From a virus (taxonomy: Duplodnaviria; Caudoviricetes): a stretch of 34,403 bases of DNA. Position 1 is the stretch's first letter, and each line of letters begins with the position of its first letter. The notes under the pieces were generated by a model, which was not told the DNA's origin, ran no database searches, and saw only the letters and a list, made by a program, of their open reading frames with translations. This document shows, piece by piece, positions 33,658-34,403 of the stretch. The translations under genes and the position numbers were made by a program. Location of the stretch: the IMG/VR virus record IMGVR_UViG_3300034062_001508, positions 1-34,403 of that record, one strand, 5' to 3'.

Positions 33658-33895
33658 TCGATAGTAATTATTTAACACAGATGGATAATATTCTGCTAGA
33701 AACTAACTACGGGGCCATAACCCAGCCCTTGAGAATGGAGTATCGCCAGACTCAGATAAACGCAGTCGAATCGGGGGGGATGACCAGCGCAAAGCTCGGG
33801 CCCTGCACTCTGAAGGAGAAGATCCTAGACACAGCGATAAACGATAGATACATCGCAACTGCGATATCACTGCTTTTTTTAGCGGGTGAGATTCT

Positions 33896-34403
33896 ATGAA
33901 GTTTTTAAACGAGGAGGATAAACCCTCTTTCAACCTTCCCAAAGCCCCAAAAGTAAAGCTCAAGCCTGCACTACCAGACCAGCGGCAGATCGCGGTGATG
34001 CCAATCAAAGCCCTTACAGACCGCAGACTCTCCGGTGGCTGCGTCAGAGTCCTGGCATTAATCTGTAGCTACTGCAACAGAGCTGGGATTACGTGGGTCG
34101 GACAGCAACGCCTAGCCACAGACCTACAGACTACGAAGCAATACATCTGCCAGCAGATGACCACGCTACGCAAGGCTGGCTACATCGAGACGCTCACAAA
34201 GGGCTGCAAAGCTAGCCATACCGCCACAACAAGAGTGATATATAACAAGACTATCAATGCAGAGGATGCGATAGGTTTAGTTAATGAAGAGACAAGAAGT
34301 CCGAGAATGATTACACAAGAGGAGAAGTTCATGGCAGAGATGCTCAGCAAGGGGGTTAAACGAGCCCGTAAGACGATTAAATTACCAGTCAAGGGTGAGG
34401 CCT
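33896..34403 (+). CDS. Replication initiator-like HTH protein, 5' part (runs off the end; continues at 477-748)
   Basis: ATG 33896 gives MKFLNEEDKPSFNLPKAPKVKLKPALPDQRQIAVMPIKALTDRRL..., in frame with ORF 68-748. Confidence 0.75.
   Translation, partial: MKFLNEEDKPSFNLPKAPKVKLKPALPDQRQIAVMPIKALTDRRLSGGCVRVLALICSYCNRAGITWVGQQRLATDLQTTKQYICQQMTTLRKAGYIETLTKGCKASHTATTRVIYNKTINAEDAIGLVNEETRSPRMITQEEKFMAEMLSKGVKRARKTIKLPVKGEA
33928..34403 (+). repeat. Terminal direct repeat, copy 2
   Basis: About 93% identical to 1-476. Confidence 0.95.

Larger units (their letters stand above)
1..33927. mobile_element. Complete tailed phage genome (podovirus-type morphogenesis), circularly permuted
   Basis: Full set of packaging, head, tail, ejection, lysis and recombination genes; the ends overlap by 476 bp; no host housekeeping genes. 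Confidence 0.95.

Noticed and set aside
1-34403. tRNA/rRNA genes, introns, inteins or stop-codon reassignment
   Set aside because: No cloverleaf or T-loop consensus noticed; core genes are uninterrupted and of normal size under the standard code, and all three stops are used.

Overview
The window holds a complete, circularly permuted tailed-phage genome of about 33,927 bp. Bases 1-476 recur, imperfectly, at 33928-34403. The virion module is podovirus-type (T7/BPP-1-like): TerS, TerL, head-tail connector, scaffold, major capsid, tail tubular proteins A and B, four ejection proteins and two tail fibre/spike genes. A holin-endolysin cassette follows with no recognisable spanins. DNA metabolism is lambdoid-style, with an HTH replication initiator, SSB, RecT-like annealase, YqaJ exonuclease, RusA, a small serine recombinase and an Arc-like repressor. 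No DNA or RNA polymerase, integrase, tRNA or CRISPR array was seen. A freshwater betaproteobacterial host is my inference only. The most unusual elements are: (i) a two-gene glycosyltransferase cassette between the capsid and tail genes, suggesting virion glycosylation; (ii) an ADP-ribosyltransferase-like domain fused to an ejection protein; (iii) a 267-bp non-coding array of back-to-back, mutually different palindromes; (iv) a GCGATATCGC operator at several promoters; and (v) a GNAT-fold gene next to Gly-N-terminal virion proteins. All family assignments come from motif recognition by eye; no searches were run.
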